A stretch of DNA of 64,000 nucleotides from Eledone cirrhosa (taxonomy: Eukaryota): positions 372,310,001-372,374,000 of the forward strand of contig OZ024740.1 of assembly GCA_964016885.1 (NCBI GenBank). Direction: 5' to 3'. Within the stretch, counting starts at the first letter, position 1; each line of letters starts with the position of its first letter. Shown one piece after another: positions 1 through 14,431 of the stretch. Below the pieces are notes generated by a model that was not told where the DNA came from, searched no databases, and was given only the letters and a program-made list of their open reading frames with translations. The position numbers and the translations under genes are program-made.

Positions 1-21
1 AATGCCGGGTACCACTGCTAG
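1..21 (+). mobile_element. 3' terminus of a non-autonomous Helitron (cut by window edge)
   Basis: aatgccgggtaccactgCTAG|t matches the 3' end of the element at 6332-6990 (aacgccgggctttactgCTAG|t). Confidence 0.6.
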
Positions 22-639
22 TATATGATATATAAGGAGATCAAACCTGTGAATAACTATGAAAATATCTATGAAGAAGGTAGAGAGGTACATCAAGCAC
101 TTTCCATTGACAATGATATACTATTAGTTCATTAATCTATCATACAGTGTATACTTTTTTTGCCCTCTTACCATTGCCAACCAAGTATATGTTCACTCAA
201 AACATAAAAAAATACCTTAAGCACTGCTATCATTGCAGAGCTGGCCACCCACAGGAGTGATACCAAGGAGTTGGAATGACTGTTTTAACGCGTCTCCTTC
301 GCTATCCTATTTTTTTTACAATGCATAAGGCGAATGTTTACAAAGATGTTGCTTTGTTAATTTATTGATCATTCCCAATCATATTATTCTTTCAATGTGA
401 GTCATTCTTTTCACCCTATTTTAATGATTTAGTATGGGTGGGTGAAAGATGTTGTTCTCATGTTTTTCACATGCCTCAGTGACTGGTAAGACTGACAGCG
501 AAAATTCTTCATCTAAAGTCACAAGGATACATTAGTGAGAAAACAATTGCAGAGAGCTCTAGAGGTTCGAGACTAAGAAGAGTAAGAGTGTGAGAATGAG
601 AGAGGGAATTAGGGAAAGTGATATATATATATATATAAA

Positions 640-960
640 AATTAATAAAAACAATGAATAAAAACAAAGAAACAGTTCCTTATATTAAAAAAATTCATCA
701 TTTTACGATCGTTTCTAGGATATATATGTGTGTGTTGGTATGTATATTATATAGATCTATGTAAACATTTTACAAACTAACAGAGGGAATATACATATAC
801 CTACACATATATATGCTGTCTTCAGAAATTATCTTGACTCTGTTTTCCTGTGATTTTCATCGAAAAAAATGTTGAATACATCTTCTCTTTTCATGATATT
901 TGGATTACATATAGTTCTCATACGGATTGGACACTACCGTATATTTTGGTAGATTTATCT
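640..960. mobile_element. 5'-inverted Penelope terminal-repeat fragment (family B) with truncated hammerhead on minus strand
   Basis: 640-829 matches 38541-38721 directly; 830-960 is the reverse complement of 38411-38541; flanked by (TA)n on both sides; minus strand reads CTGAAGA...ctaGAAACGATCGTAaaatgatg. Confidence 0.8.
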
Positions 961-981
961 ACATATATATATATATATATA

Positions 982-1590
<609 letters not shown>

Positions 1591-1743
1591 ACCGAACATT
1601 TATATACTTACATACTTATATATATATGTATATATAACTTTTGCATATATATATATATATATATATGCAAAAGTTATATTTAATTTGCAACAGCTTAAAA
1701 GTTTTATAACTGATATAAAGCACTCAACAATGTACTGGAGTAA

Positions 1744-2063
1744 ATATTCAATATATTAATAAATGGAAACTATATATATAAAACCATAATTATTTTATTA
1801 TATATATTTCAAGGGCAACCAAGGCAAATTTTGGTGCGCTTTCATCAGATAAAATATAAAATTTGTTTTATAAATGTTGACATACCCGCGGAGAACCTTC
1901 AACAGTCAAGGTTGTTTTTCCGCGGATATGTCAACATTTAAAAAATAAATTTTGTATTTTATCTGATGAAAGCGCACCAAAACTTGCCTTGGTTGCCCTT
2001 GAAATATATATAATGAAATAATTATGGTTTTATATATATAGTTTCCATTTATTAATATATTGA

Positions 2064-2068
<5 letters not shown>
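1744..2068. repeat. Fold-back (inverted repeat) module with ~150-bp arms ending at (TA)n/(GA)n
   Basis: 1744-1896 is near reverse complement of 1914-2068. Confidence 0.85.
1955..2020 (+). ncRNA. Minimal type-I hammerhead ribozyme (antisense twin at ~1791-1856 on minus strand)
   Basis: tattttat-CTGATGA-aagcgcaccaa..ttggttgccctt-GAAA-tatata-TA-atgaaata: stem I, core, stem II, palindromic mini stem III. Confidence 0.7.
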
Positions 2069-2122
<54 letters not shown>

Positions 2123-2147
2123 GAGAGAGAGAGAGTGAGAGACAGAG

Positions 2148-2207
<60 letters not shown>

Positions 2208-3787
2208 GGAAGTAAGGTGAGTTTAACAAAAATAGGGGCTAGTTATGGAGTTCGCTCATTGTTTGAAGTGACTGGAGGCTCTTCGAACAATCGAACAAAC
2301 CGTATATGTGAATATGATGCTGAGCCTGTGGTGATGAAAGATACAGATTTCAGATTTATTTACTCTGAACAAAGTGAGTAGCAGTTATGCAGGCTTTCGC
2401 TTTGAGATTACAGAAGCATCTGTTTGGATTGGAAGACGGGGAAGAGATTGCTAGCTCTGCTATATATGGATACATCCTCGGATGCCATCTAAAATAGATA
2501 CTATCCCGTTTGGAGTGGTTGCTTTTCTTCAAGTGTTGTCGACAGTGTGTTATGATTTAAATACAATAACACAGCTATTTTGTAAACCTTTTCGAACATT
2601 TCTGTTTGTGAATTTTGGTTGTGTTGTACGTAGAGGGGACAGGCCTAACTGGACGGATTTAGTCAATTGTCTATCTAGTTACGGATGTGTCGGGAGTGAC
2701 CCACATGTACCTTCAGGGATAATTAGTATATGTTTGTCGGAGCATCCACCACTGAACTGATCTGAAGTGTCATAGTGTGAGGGATGTTGGGGGTATTACG
2801 TTAGATGTGGAAGTATGTTGGGTAGTTACGATAATCCAATGACCTCATATGTACAGCGCTGGTGTTGGTTTGGAAGGGAGTAAGAAAACAAAAGTGTTTG
2901 AATCGCCAGTATGCCTGTCAGAAAATCGTGTGAAAAATGAAATTAATTGATGTTTAAAATTAAGGATTGCGAAAGATCCGGTGTTTCTGAATCAGGGAGT
3001 TAATACAAGGAGGAGTTCCGAGCGAAAAGTGAGGTGAGATAGAATTGCTTGCTCTAGGTAAGGATTTTGGTCGAAGTTTATTTGTTGCTTGCAGGTGTTG
3101 TCATTTGACTTGTTAGAAATATCAGCCAAATCCTTTTGGACTCAAGCTATACAATCCTGAAGAAGGGATGGATGTGATGGTTAATATCGGGCAGGATGCA
3201 CGAGGTTTGAATGAAAACTGAATGATCACGAAATAAGTATTTTCTCTATCAAAACAAAACAAAACCAAACAACGAAAATGCCAAGAAGAAGAGCAGGGAT
3301 AAAAATAAAAATTCAAACAACGAAAATAATAATAATATATAACTGCATTACATTCAACCATTTCTTGAATAGAGAGTTACAATATGAATCATTTTCAGGA
3401 TTTGAATTTGGAACATAATTGGATTGAGTAAATCGACAGTCTTTACAGTAAAATGTAGATCTCTACAATTCCTATCAACGGGCTGTCATAGTGACCTATA
3501 TCATTGATTAGTAATATATAAATGTGGTGCTGATGGGAGAAGATATGGTAAGGAAAAGATCTAATCGATATCTATAAAATACAATTATTCTACTTGAATT
3601 ATCTTGAAAGTTGTTTAAGAAATAAAAAAATCATATAACAACAAAAGATGTAAAGGAAATTCAAATATCCAATCAAATAAATAAAACAATCGTATAAATG
3701 GCTCCATAAACATATTTGTTTACCTCAGACGATTCTTCTCATATCTCAAAGATTCACAGAAAGTAAAAAGCATATATATATATATAT

Positions 3788-3821
<34 letters not shown>

Positions 3822-3979
3822 TGATGTGCATAGACGCATACAAGCATGTGTCTGTGTGTGAATGTGAGTATACATACATACATACATATATATATATAGG
3901 TACTATGACATAACCTGTGTATTTGCTGGCATTAGCGTACATCTATGCGCTTATGTTAGTAGATATATTAAATTATCTC

Positions 3980-4009
3980 TATATATATATATGTATATAT
4001 ATATATATT

Positions 4010-4053
<44 letters not shown>

Positions 4054-4058
4054 CCTCA

Positions 4059-4108
<50 letters not shown>

Positions 4109-4428
4109 CATACGTATATATATATATTATACATACATATATATATATATATTATACATACATACGTATATATATATATATTATACTTATATACATATAT
4201 ACATATATATATATTATACATACATATATACATATATATATATATTATATATACATATATATATATTATAGATACATATATATATATATATTATACATAC
4301 ATATATTATACATATATATATTATACATATATATATACACATACATATATATATATATATATACATACATATATATATATATTATACATATACATATATT
4401 TATCATACATACATATATCATACATAAC

Positions 4429-4496
<68 letters not shown>

Positions 4497-4603
4497 TAGT
4501 ATAAATCACATTAATGCACACTGTCTAACATATAAACACGCACATATGTATTTAGACATACACACTCATCAAATACATTGAAACGCACTTGCACACGCAT
4601 ATA

Positions 4604-4665
<62 letters not shown>

Positions 4666-4727
4666 TATATATGTATATACATATATATATGTATACATAT
4701 ATATGTATGTATATATATATATGTATG

Positions 4728-4767
<40 letters not shown>

Positions 4768-4795
4768 TAGTTTCTAATCATTTCCTGTATATATG

Positions 4796-4850
<55 letters not shown>
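3980..4850. repeat. Compound (TA)n/(TACA)n microsatellite field
   Basis: Visible directly; source of the YIYIYI pseudo-ORFs. Confidence 0.95.
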
Positions 4851-5239
4851 CATATACAGGAAATGATAAGAAACTTTTTAAGCTACTCCCATTTATACAT
4901 ATTTATCTTTATGGAAATAGATTAATGCAAATGGAGATTAACAAAAATGTTTTCGCAAGGGAGATGATTCAAATATACAGTTCGTTTTTGTTTTATAGTG
5001 CCATCATTTGGCAAGTAGATATTAACAATGAATAAGAAACAAATCGTCCCCTTACACCCCCCCCCCCCCACATATATATAACTAAATTGTTTGATCCGCT
5101 ACTAAAGTTTCACCGCACTATGATGTTCAGAAGAGACTAGAAATATTATTTTAAATATAACCTACATTACAGAATCTATTGCATACCCCATACTCATTCA
5201 GTCACCAAAAGAAACTTTTCCATATATACACACACACCC

Positions 5240-5276
<37 letters not shown>

Positions 5277-5934
5277 CATACGCAAACTCTCAAATATTCA
5301 TACCCTCCCGCCGCATATATATACATATACAGATAGCGTCAGAACATCATCACCGAAAAAATAACGTATAAATTATATATTGGCTACAGAAAATAAAATG
5401 TAGATTCAGTCAACACCCAAAAGATAAGAATAGTAAAATAGTATGAAAAAACACATTTTTCTTGTTCTTCTAAGTGTGCTTTTGAGAAAAAAATATAGTT
5501 TAGAAATAAATGTCATACGAATATCAAATACATTCATATCTGATAAATCAATGTTTCGTAGAGATAAACGAATCTTTGACAAATACACTGGAAGATAGAA
5601 AAAAAAAGGTATTTCCAGTGATTTTACTTTCGTTGCTATTGAGTATGCTACCGTATTTTCGGTACGTGTTGGTTTACATTGAAACAATACATAACGCAAT
5701 GTACTAAAAACCAATCGAAAAAATGTTCAATCTAGTTTAAACATGTTTTAAAGTTTTTCCAGAAATACCCTTTCAATACTGACTGTTAAACAACGGGATC
5801 TATGGTGCTCTCTACATAATTTAGAAGTTCTAATGCTGTCAGTCAACGAGTACATTTAATAAATACTATATTAAATCTAATGACGTTTTTAGATTTGTAA
5901 TTTATAATGGTTGGCACCGGTCAATTTTACATCT

Positions 5935-6218
5935 AAAGTCTGAAATCTGTCTTAAGCCAGAAGGCTCATTTGTCCGGTGCTTATCCCGGTTTCATCGCGT
6001 GAAGCGACTAAGAGTACAAGTCTCCGCCCTGGACAGGACGTCAGTCCATCACAGGGTTAAACCTCCATCTATTGCTGGTACTCATTTTCAGCTGAGTATA
6101 CTGGAGCAACGTGAAATGTAGTGTTTTGCTCAAGAACACAACACGCAACCCAGGATTCGAGCCCACGACATTTTGATCATAAGTCCAACACCTTTACCAC
6201 TAGGCTACGTGCCTCCAC
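5935..6218 (-). mobile_element. tRNA-derived SINE with CORE/V-like central domain
   Basis: Minus strand: A box TAGCCTAGTGG, B box GGCTCGAATCC, then gtgttcttgagcaaaacact...ctcagctgaaaatgagtacc. Confidence 0.75.
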
Positions 6219-6331
6219 CAATATTACATCACAGTAAAAGAAAATAAATACATGTTTATTGTATCCGATACATTTACAATACACTTGAACATCTCAACCC
6301 ATCAAACCGAAACAATCATTTTGTTTATATA

Positions 6332-6990
6332 TCTATATATATAAAGCTGTGGTTGTCTGTCTGTCTATCGATTTTTGGCACACATCTCCTCTTAGAATCT
6401 CTGACGGAATTGCACCGAAATTGCTATACTTGTACATTGAGCCCTAGCGAAGACATCGGAAAAATAATATTTCAAATTGACCCACCCTATGTGACGAAAT
6501 CGAATCTAATGTATCGATTTTTGAGCGTAAGTGACGAGTTATTTCCCTTTGTTCTGTTTACATTGAGCGTCTTACGTTCTGTTTACATTTTCTGCGTGCA
6601 AAAATTAAAAAAATTACGCTGGCTTTCTCAGCGTTTAAAATGACATTAGCACAATACACGAACAGTTGTCGAGCCAGCAAAATTTTGACCTGCAAAATTC
6701 ATCAGTTCGAACACTAAGGTCCGTTTTGCTTCATTTCTATTTAAAAGCCTTTTAAAACAATATTTTTACTTGAAAACAAGTCTATTTAAAGACTACGTAA
6801 AACAAGCAAATATTTCGTAAAAAAAAGCAAAAATTATATAAGTTTATTAAAAATATATGTATCTGTAAATTTCGTTAGGCGTGCAGACAGACAGTCGTGC
6901 AGACAGACTTTAAGCCAAAAAAGAAACTTAACATTGTAACTTTAACACAGCTACTGAGTGACCCCGAGCAACGCCGGGCTTTACTGCTAG
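6332..6990 (+). mobile_element. Non-autonomous Helitron
   Basis: Starts TCTATATATATAAAG, ends with GC hairpin cccgagcaacgccggg followed by CTAG; inserted between A and T with no TSD. Confidence 0.75.
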
Positions 6991-7996
6991 TCTTAAATAA
7001 AGCAATTAGTGAATCGCAAGTGAAAATATAGTAAAAAGATGAATAAAAGAAAAATAGCTAAGAGGAATTAAGAAAATAAAGAGAGGAAGTACTTCTGTGA
7101 TATAGGATTGTGTTTATCAAAGGCGGAAAATGCTTTTATTAAACACCCTCTACTATTGAGAAACGTATTTAAAATATATTTCTTTTGTTTATGCCGGTTA
7201 TTATAATTGATAAGCTACATGGAATAGATATATGATTTTGATAAAATAAATGTGGGCACACTGTTTCGATTACATGATGAAGACATTTTCATTCGTCAAA
7301 TATCATCATACAAATGTAGCCTGGCGTCACTACACTATATTTGGGCCTCTTTTATATGAAAACTTGTGATTAGTAAAAAAGGAAACGACGTATAAATTCA
7401 ACCAAATAATTAATTGGTTCGTTATTTTTCACGCCAGAGTGATATTTGATGATCGATATTTACCATTATGTAAATGTTTGCTAGAATACCTGTATTATAT
7501 TTTAATTAATAACATATTTATGTCGATATCTTATGATTTATGATTGGTGGAATTCAATGTTGCTGAAATTGAGCATCTAAAAAAAACAACTAGAGGTACA
7601 ATAGCCACTTTATTTAGGCTTTGAACCGTGGCTGCAGAGTTAAACACCTAGCGAAACTTCAATTAGTGTCTTAAAGTTGTGATATAGAATCTTGCCAAAT
7701 TGTAGATAAGCGTAAATTGCCAACTAACTGCAGGTTGTTTAGACGAGACAGTGTGAAACTGATATGATCGGACAATGACAAATAGTGTCAGCTTTCTATA
7801 GAATAGGATAAAGACAACTAAAACATAAACTAAATGGTACATTCACAAATTATTCGTTAAATAAATTACTGGCCTATGATGAGATTCGAAACAGGTAACT
7901 ATCAGTTTCAGTGATATTGAATCAATGGTGATACAAAGGAGTGGTGGTTGAATGTCTGTCTCTCTTTAGACACACACACATGCACCCCCTCGCACA

Positions 7997-8222
7997 TACA
8001 TGGTGTCTTCCAAAAAATCTATACACAATTTGATTACCTGTACAGGCAATATTTATTAGAATGCACAGCCTTTACAAAAAATAAAATGGTCTACAGACAT
8101 AATTTAATTGCATGTAAACACACAAAACTGTGTACATAATTTAAATAATGTTTATGAAACAATTTATTTTAATGCATTTTGTGCTGTTGGAGTGTATGTA
8201 CATATATTTGGGACACCCTGTA
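7997..8222. mobile_element. Degenerate Tc1/mariner-type MITE
   Basis: Left tacatggtgtcttccaaa versus right end reverse complement tacagggtgtcccaaa; TA flanks. Confidence 0.5.
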
Positions 8223-8243
8223 TATATATATATATATATATGA

Positions 8244-8508
8244 CTTTTTCGAATATTAATAATAATATTCGATTCGTTTGCAATTATGCAAACAACCCTC
8301 ATTTTTAAAGCCATGTCAGTAGAAAGTCGGCAGGTGAACAGTGAACTGTACTGATGAAGGGTAATACCCAGAAACATTAGTGTCTGCAAGTCTGTTTACA
8401 TGCCAACACAAGAACAAGAATGAGGGGCTAATTCTACCGAAATGGCTTTAAAAATGAAGCTTGTTTGCATAATTGCAAAGGAATCGAATATTATTAACAT
8501 TCGAAAAA
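8244..8508. repeat. Fold-back module (arms ~8244-8324 and ~8432-8508) enclosing a hammerhead
   Basis: tttttcgaat..attcgattc.tttgcaattatgcaaacaa..catttttaaagccat inverted; (TA)n on the left. Confidence 0.75.
8347..8388 (+). ncRNA. Type-I hammerhead ribozyme with canonical core and GUC site
   Basis: tgta-CTGATGA-aGGGTaatACCCa-GAAAC-attagt-GTC-tgca. Confidence 0.75.
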
Positions 8509-9031
8509 CCCAGATTACATTTATTATATTCAGCCACGTAGAGCGAACATTTAAAAAAAAAAATATATATATATGCATATATATATATATTCAGTTCTTG
8601 TCTAGTGACTCTGTGATAAACAAGCGAAACTCCAGAGTAACAAGAGTCACTGTTTAGCCTTAATATAATAAATATATATACATATATATATATATAAAGA
8701 ATGAATAATAACAGGTAGACATTCTGCTCTGAGGATACAGTGGTCACAGCATTTGATATTTGAGTTCTGCAAATAGTTGTAAATTTGCACATAGCATAAC
8801 TAGGCTGTAGTACCACCGTGGAAACATTTGTAAGCACACGGAATAAATTACCTTTTTATGATGTCTACCTGTTATTATTCATTCTTTATATACACTCAGG
8901 AATACAGAAGGATCAGGAACTAAGTTTCTTCAACAATTCTTCCATAACTCGTAGAGTAACGTCTCACCGTACATCAACCATATCCAGTGTAGTAATTAAC
9001 CATTACTACATCTAGGATAATCCTATACCTA

Positions 9032-9064
<33 letters not shown>

Positions 9065-9265
9065 CGTGCGTGCGTGCGTCTGTGTGTGTGTGTGTGTGTG
9101 GGTGTGTGTGTGTGTGTGTGTGTGTGTGCATTTATGTTTATATATAACATATATATGTATGTTCTTCTGGTTGTATTATCTTATACATTTTCACCAATAC
9201 TTAGTATAAGACCCGGTTTCTAGCATAGAAACATCACCTAGGTAAATGTGTATGTATGTATGTGT

Positions 9266-10110
9266 CAGGTTTTGCTTTTTTGTCCCGCAGGGTGTCCAAA
9301 ATCCCCCTCCTCACCAAGTAAACTTGGTGGGGTTGCCGGTTCAGTCACCTACGACCCGACCATGCGACAGGTTGTACTGGGTTACATGTTACCAGTAGCA
9401 CTCAAGAGTGGCCCGACATATAAAGGGCGGAAGAACTCATATGAGCCAACGGCCATCCCAAATTGTGTAAATATGTATATATACATGTACATATGTGTGT
9501 AATATGTATATGTGCATATGCATGGTTGCATGTGTGTGTATTTGCACGGGGACATAGAAATATTTGTGTTAGACACCCGATCGCGCATTTAAACCACTGT
9601 GTGTGAAGATACCCCTAAACTTTGTCAGAGCATGCTTCTAGGAGAAGGCAACTCATGAAACTGGGATAATTCCGATATAAAACCTGCGGCTCAATAGTTA
9701 CCGATGATGTTGATCTTTTCTTCTGTTCGGGTTATAGTTACTGTCGCTCAGAGAGTGGGATTGGCTCAGTGCACAGTCTTTCCTCACTTTAAACAAATAT
9801 CTTCCCGCACAGGCATTGCACGTTAGAATTAATTAATTGTTTCTACCTTAGGCACAAGGCCAGCAATTACCCAGTGCACAACTGATACTTTATTTTATCG
9901 ACCCCGTAAGGATGAAAGGCAAAGTCAACCTCGGCGGGATTTGAACTCAGATCGTAAAGGGACGTAACTATGCTGGAAAGCATGGCGTCCAATCCTCTAC
10001 CGATACTGCCAATCCACCAATTACGTTAGAATTAATTAATAATTATTAATAATGTTATATCGTGCAATGGCCATACTCGATAACGAGGGGGCAGCCATCA
10101 TATATGTATG
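9266..10110 (+). mobile_element. Bipartite RTE-derived non-autonomous element, 5' part inverted, interrupted by a SINE
   Basis: 9266-9418 is reverse complement of 36908-37060; 9421-9820 and 10050-10110 are colinear with 37060-37520. Confidence 0.65.
9838..10018 (-). mobile_element. tRNA-derived SINE with Meta-like domain
   Basis: A box TGGCAGTATCGG, B box GAGTTCAAATCC, gcctttcatccttacggggtcgataaaataaag; 18-bp TSD acgttagaattaattaat at 9820-9837 and 10023-10040. Confidence 0.85.
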
Positions 10111-10568
10111 TATGTATGTATCTATTTATGTATACATGTACATAGTCATATGTTTGTGTGTACGTGTGTGCATGTATGGACTTTATTGCATGTATGTATG
10201 TATTTATTTATTTATGTATACATGTATATGGTCATGTGTTTGTGTGTGCATGTACGGACTTTATTGCATGTATCTATGTATGCTTCAAGCACAGACATCG
10301 CTTGATATGCGACATGTTTTCCGTTGCATTGTATGGTTGGCCGTAGGCAAGTCCCTAGCAGGACTAAAATTTCATGTCGCTGCTGCTTATGTTTAAGTAT
10401 CAAACGATTGTATTACTCGAAATCGTGTTGCAGCCATCATGCACGTATGTATATATATATATATGTATGTTTGAAATGTCATTATAAATGAATATACGCT
10501 GCTTAATTGAATGCATCTTTTTAAACCATATATGGATACATTTCTGGGAGGAAGGGATTTTATTTGAA

Positions 10569-11593
10569 CAGGGTGTTCACAACATCTTTAAAGAATTAGA
10601 AAAATGTATTGAAATTACAACCAAAACCAAATACTCTAGAAATGTTTACATAATATTCAGTAATCAGTAAAGTGTTTATAAAAATAGTTAATAAATTTCT
10701 TTATGAGCGCCAGTAGTTGCACGATGATATCTAAACGATATTCAATCTCTGTCCATATCCTTCGTAACATACATTCATCAATAGTCGCAATGGTTGCAGT
10801 TATTCTTTGATTATAATGGATTATAAAACACCCAATTGCTTTACATTAGTGCGCTACATGTTATTTTTCGTATAGCCCCACAAGAAAAAAACCTATAGGT
10901 TTTATATCCGATGAACCTAGGGGCCAAATAATCGGATCATCTCTTCCTATCCAGCGATCTGGAAACCATTCATTTAAAAGTCCGGGGAGATCTATTCCTC
11001 GATGAGGACTTGTTCCATATCGTTGAAAGACAACTTTCGAAGGGATCCTTTTCTCGTTGGGGCCCAACGTATTCTTTTAGAACATCAAGGTTAGTATCAG
11101 CTGTTATTGTCTTTTAAAAAATGGACTAATAACTTTCTTGCTCAAAATCCCGCACCACACTGATCTTCGTGCTGTCGCATTCGATTTCCTTAGTAATATA
11201 AGAATTTTCTGATCCCAAAATAGTGCATTATGCTTGTTAAGCTTTCCAGATAAATATAAGGTTGCCTCAATTCCGCCGAGGTTAACTTTGCCTTTCATCC
11301 TTACAGGGTCGATAAAATAAAGTACCAGTCACGCACTGGGTTCGATTTAATCGACTTTCGCCTCCCCCAAAATCGCAGGCCTTGCCTATATAAGAAACCA
11401 TTATATTTTAGGGGTGACATCTGGTAATTCTTTAATTGCGATATGAAACATAAAATCATAACAATAAAATTACTAATGTCAGTAAAATTACTTTAATAAT
11501 AACATTAAAACGCAACAAACTTTTAGTTGCCACCCTTCCTAAGGTTTTTGTAATGACATTTCGAAATTGTCTAAAGACTTTGTGGCCACTCTG
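10569..11593 (-). mobile_element. Decayed Tc1/mariner transposon with transposase pseudogene
   Basis: TIRs cagggtgttcacaacatctttaaagaatt / cagagtggccacaaagtctttagacaatt; ORF 10861-11067 FQRYGTSPH..WFPDRWIGR..WPLGSSDIKPIGFFL resembles FQQDGAPPH..WPPRSPDLTPLDFFLWG; SINE fragment nested at ~11270-11402. Confidence 0.8.
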
Positions 11594-12609
11594 TATACTA
11601 AAGAATGATATCTTCCTGAATAGCGACATAAATACGTAACTATCACATACCTTTTGTTTTCTATTTACTCAAGTCATTGAACAACCAAATTGTCCCAAAA
11701 TTTAACATTTTATAAGCTGTAACGCACGAAATATGTATTCATATAAGAATTCTTTTAATGTTTCGTGCGTAATTATCAAGCATGGACATTTTCGCATTGA
11801 ATAACTATTACTGCAGCATCGTAATTGTTAGCTTTATTGAAAGTGAAGGGAAATCGAAATTGGCTATTGGAAATAAAGAATAGTCATTTGGATCAGCTTA
11901 ATTGTGAATATAAAGGAGATTTTATCCATTTAGAGTTTTCTTGTAATTTGAATTTGATGTGCAGCTGGTGCATTTTGATTTGTTTGTTGTCCTCATGGAT
12001 TCAGTTTCAATAACAATGAAAGTAATCCTCTGTGCTAAAGGACCATTACTAAATGATCCCACTCAATGATGTTCCAACATAACAATATGTGTGTACATTG
12101 ATATGAGATATGTCACGTAAGGGATGCAGCTGTCAAATGCCAAATAATTCCGTGACTATTACTGCAAGACAGGACTCTTCATCAATAGTAGAACGAATAT
12201 AGAATAGGTTTCTCTAGTTGACGAAAATATTAGAATTGAAACATGAAACTAAAATTTAGGTTTTGCGTTTGTGCAGCGATTAGTAAAATCTCTGAAGTAT
12301 TGGAGTTGCTTAAGTTTATTGAACTTGGCTAAATCTTTCCGTGGCTGCAACACTACCTGAGCTGTAAAATGCTGGCTATTTTCCATTACCTTTAGTTTCA
12401 AGAAGTAATTGAATCGATTTTGGAAATGTTCTATTTGAACACCTGTAGGGTTTATTGATTAGAGATAACTGGTAACACTAGGATGGGTCTTATATGGAAA
12501 CAGGATATGAGGATAACAAAACAAGTAAATATATCATATACATATAGTATTTCAATCTAGAAAGTATATAAACGTGCACAAACATACACACGCACACGCA
12601 TACACACGA

Positions 12610-12645
<36 letters not shown>

Positions 12646-12857
12646 TGTATATATATAGTATATATATATATATATATATACATGTATATATATATATTTA
12701 TATATATATATGAATGTATGTATGTAAGTATGCATGTATGTATGTGTGTGCGTATGGATGGATATATGCATAATTATATACATGAGTGATCATTTGTTCA
12801 GTGATTTCTATTCAAAAGCAAGTAAAGTTTGCATTTAACTTGCATTATATTACCTTT

Positions 12858-13540
12858 GGCGGTGGATAGGCAGTATCAGTAGAGGGTCGGACGCCATGCT
12901 TTGCAGCACAGTTACGCCCCTTTACCGCCTGAGTTCAAATCCCGCCGAGGTTAACTTTGCCTTTCATCCTTACGGGGTCGATAAAATAAAGTATCAGTAA
13001 TGTACTGGGTAATTGCTGGCCTTGTGCCAAAAAGTAGAAACAATTATATTACCTTTGGATTGCAGTATCGGTAGAGCATCGGACAATATGCTTTATACCA
13101 TTGAGTTACGGCCCTTTACGTTCTAAATTTAAACCCCGTCGAGGTTACCTTTGCCTTTCATCCTTGTGGCGTCGATAAAATAAAGGACCAGTAACGCAAA
13201 GGGTCTATTTAATAGACTTTCCCCTCACGCCAAACTTGTTGGCCTTAGGCCTAAATCAGAAACAATTATATTACCTACATGAAAAATGTTATATTTACGT
13301 AAATTAGTATAGTTTTCTTGTCATTTTTTACACACACTAACATTATGTATATTAATATGGATTGGCAGTATTGGTAGAGGGTCGGACGCCATGCTTTCCA
13401 GCATAGTTACATCCCTTTACGGTCTGAGTTCAAATCCCGCCGAGGTTAACTTTGCCTTTCATCCTTAATGGGTCGATAAAATAAAGTACCAGTAATGTAC
13501 TGGGTATTTGATGGCTTTATGCCAAATGTAGAAACAATTA
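12858..13540 (+). mobile_element. Three head-to-tail copies of the Meta-like SINE (~12858-13045, ~13057-13268, ~13359-13540)
   Basis: Each has A/B boxes and the gttaactttgcctttcatcct...gtcgataaaataaag core; attatattacct repeated at 12844, 13043 and 13265. Confidence 0.85.
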
Positions 13541-14431
13541 TGTATATGAATATGTACGCATGTATGTAGGTACGCATGTATGTATGTATGTATATACGTA
13601 CGAATGCATGTAGGTATATATTTATGTATGTGTGTGTGTATATAGGTATGCACCCATGTATATATATATATATACATATATCTCACATACACATGGATAA
13701 TGTATGTGTCTGCGTGCTTGTTCATTGGAACATCCTATAACCCTCAATATGTCGGAGGAGCAACACGGTGAAAGAGTTCATCCTCCTACAGGATATGAAA
13801 ATTATAGCCATTACCAAAAATTCCAATGCGACCCCAATGACTCTGCATAGGTCACATATATTTACGTACATTCCTACAAACAGTGACAGATATTCATATG
13901 ATATACGATTATATTCTGTAAACTTTGCCGCCACGTTAACCACGTGAAACTTAACTGCTTCTTATTTACACGTATGGCTGAATCGATGGAAAAACAACAT
14001 GAATGAAAAAGAAAAAAATAATGTATATATGCAAATGAATATAAGGAATGAAGAAAATATACCAGTAATATGAGAAATGGAATAAAGAAACTTGGAACAA
14101 ACAAAACATGGAAGAACAATGATATAATAAACTAAAAAATATTGAGAAATACTAGTTCTATATTAACTGATAAATAGTGATCAATTTTGTTCGAACACGC
14201 GTAGATTTTCACACATGATTATTGACTGTGTTAAAAGTAAGCCAATTAGGAGAATGATCAAATTGCCTTCGGGATGCGGGCATCACTTCTCCCGAATTTG
14301 ATGTTTAGCTAAACATCCATATTGTTTGGGAAATAGATTCTTTCATGTATAATAATTGTTTCTACTTTTGGCACAAGGCCAGCAATTACTCAGTGCATTA
14401 CTGGTACTTTATTTTATCGACCCCGTAAGGA

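Noticed and set aside
2250-3360. Possible decayed LINE endonuclease on minus strand (LILNIN..ILAIQ)
   Set aside because: Too degenerate to assign
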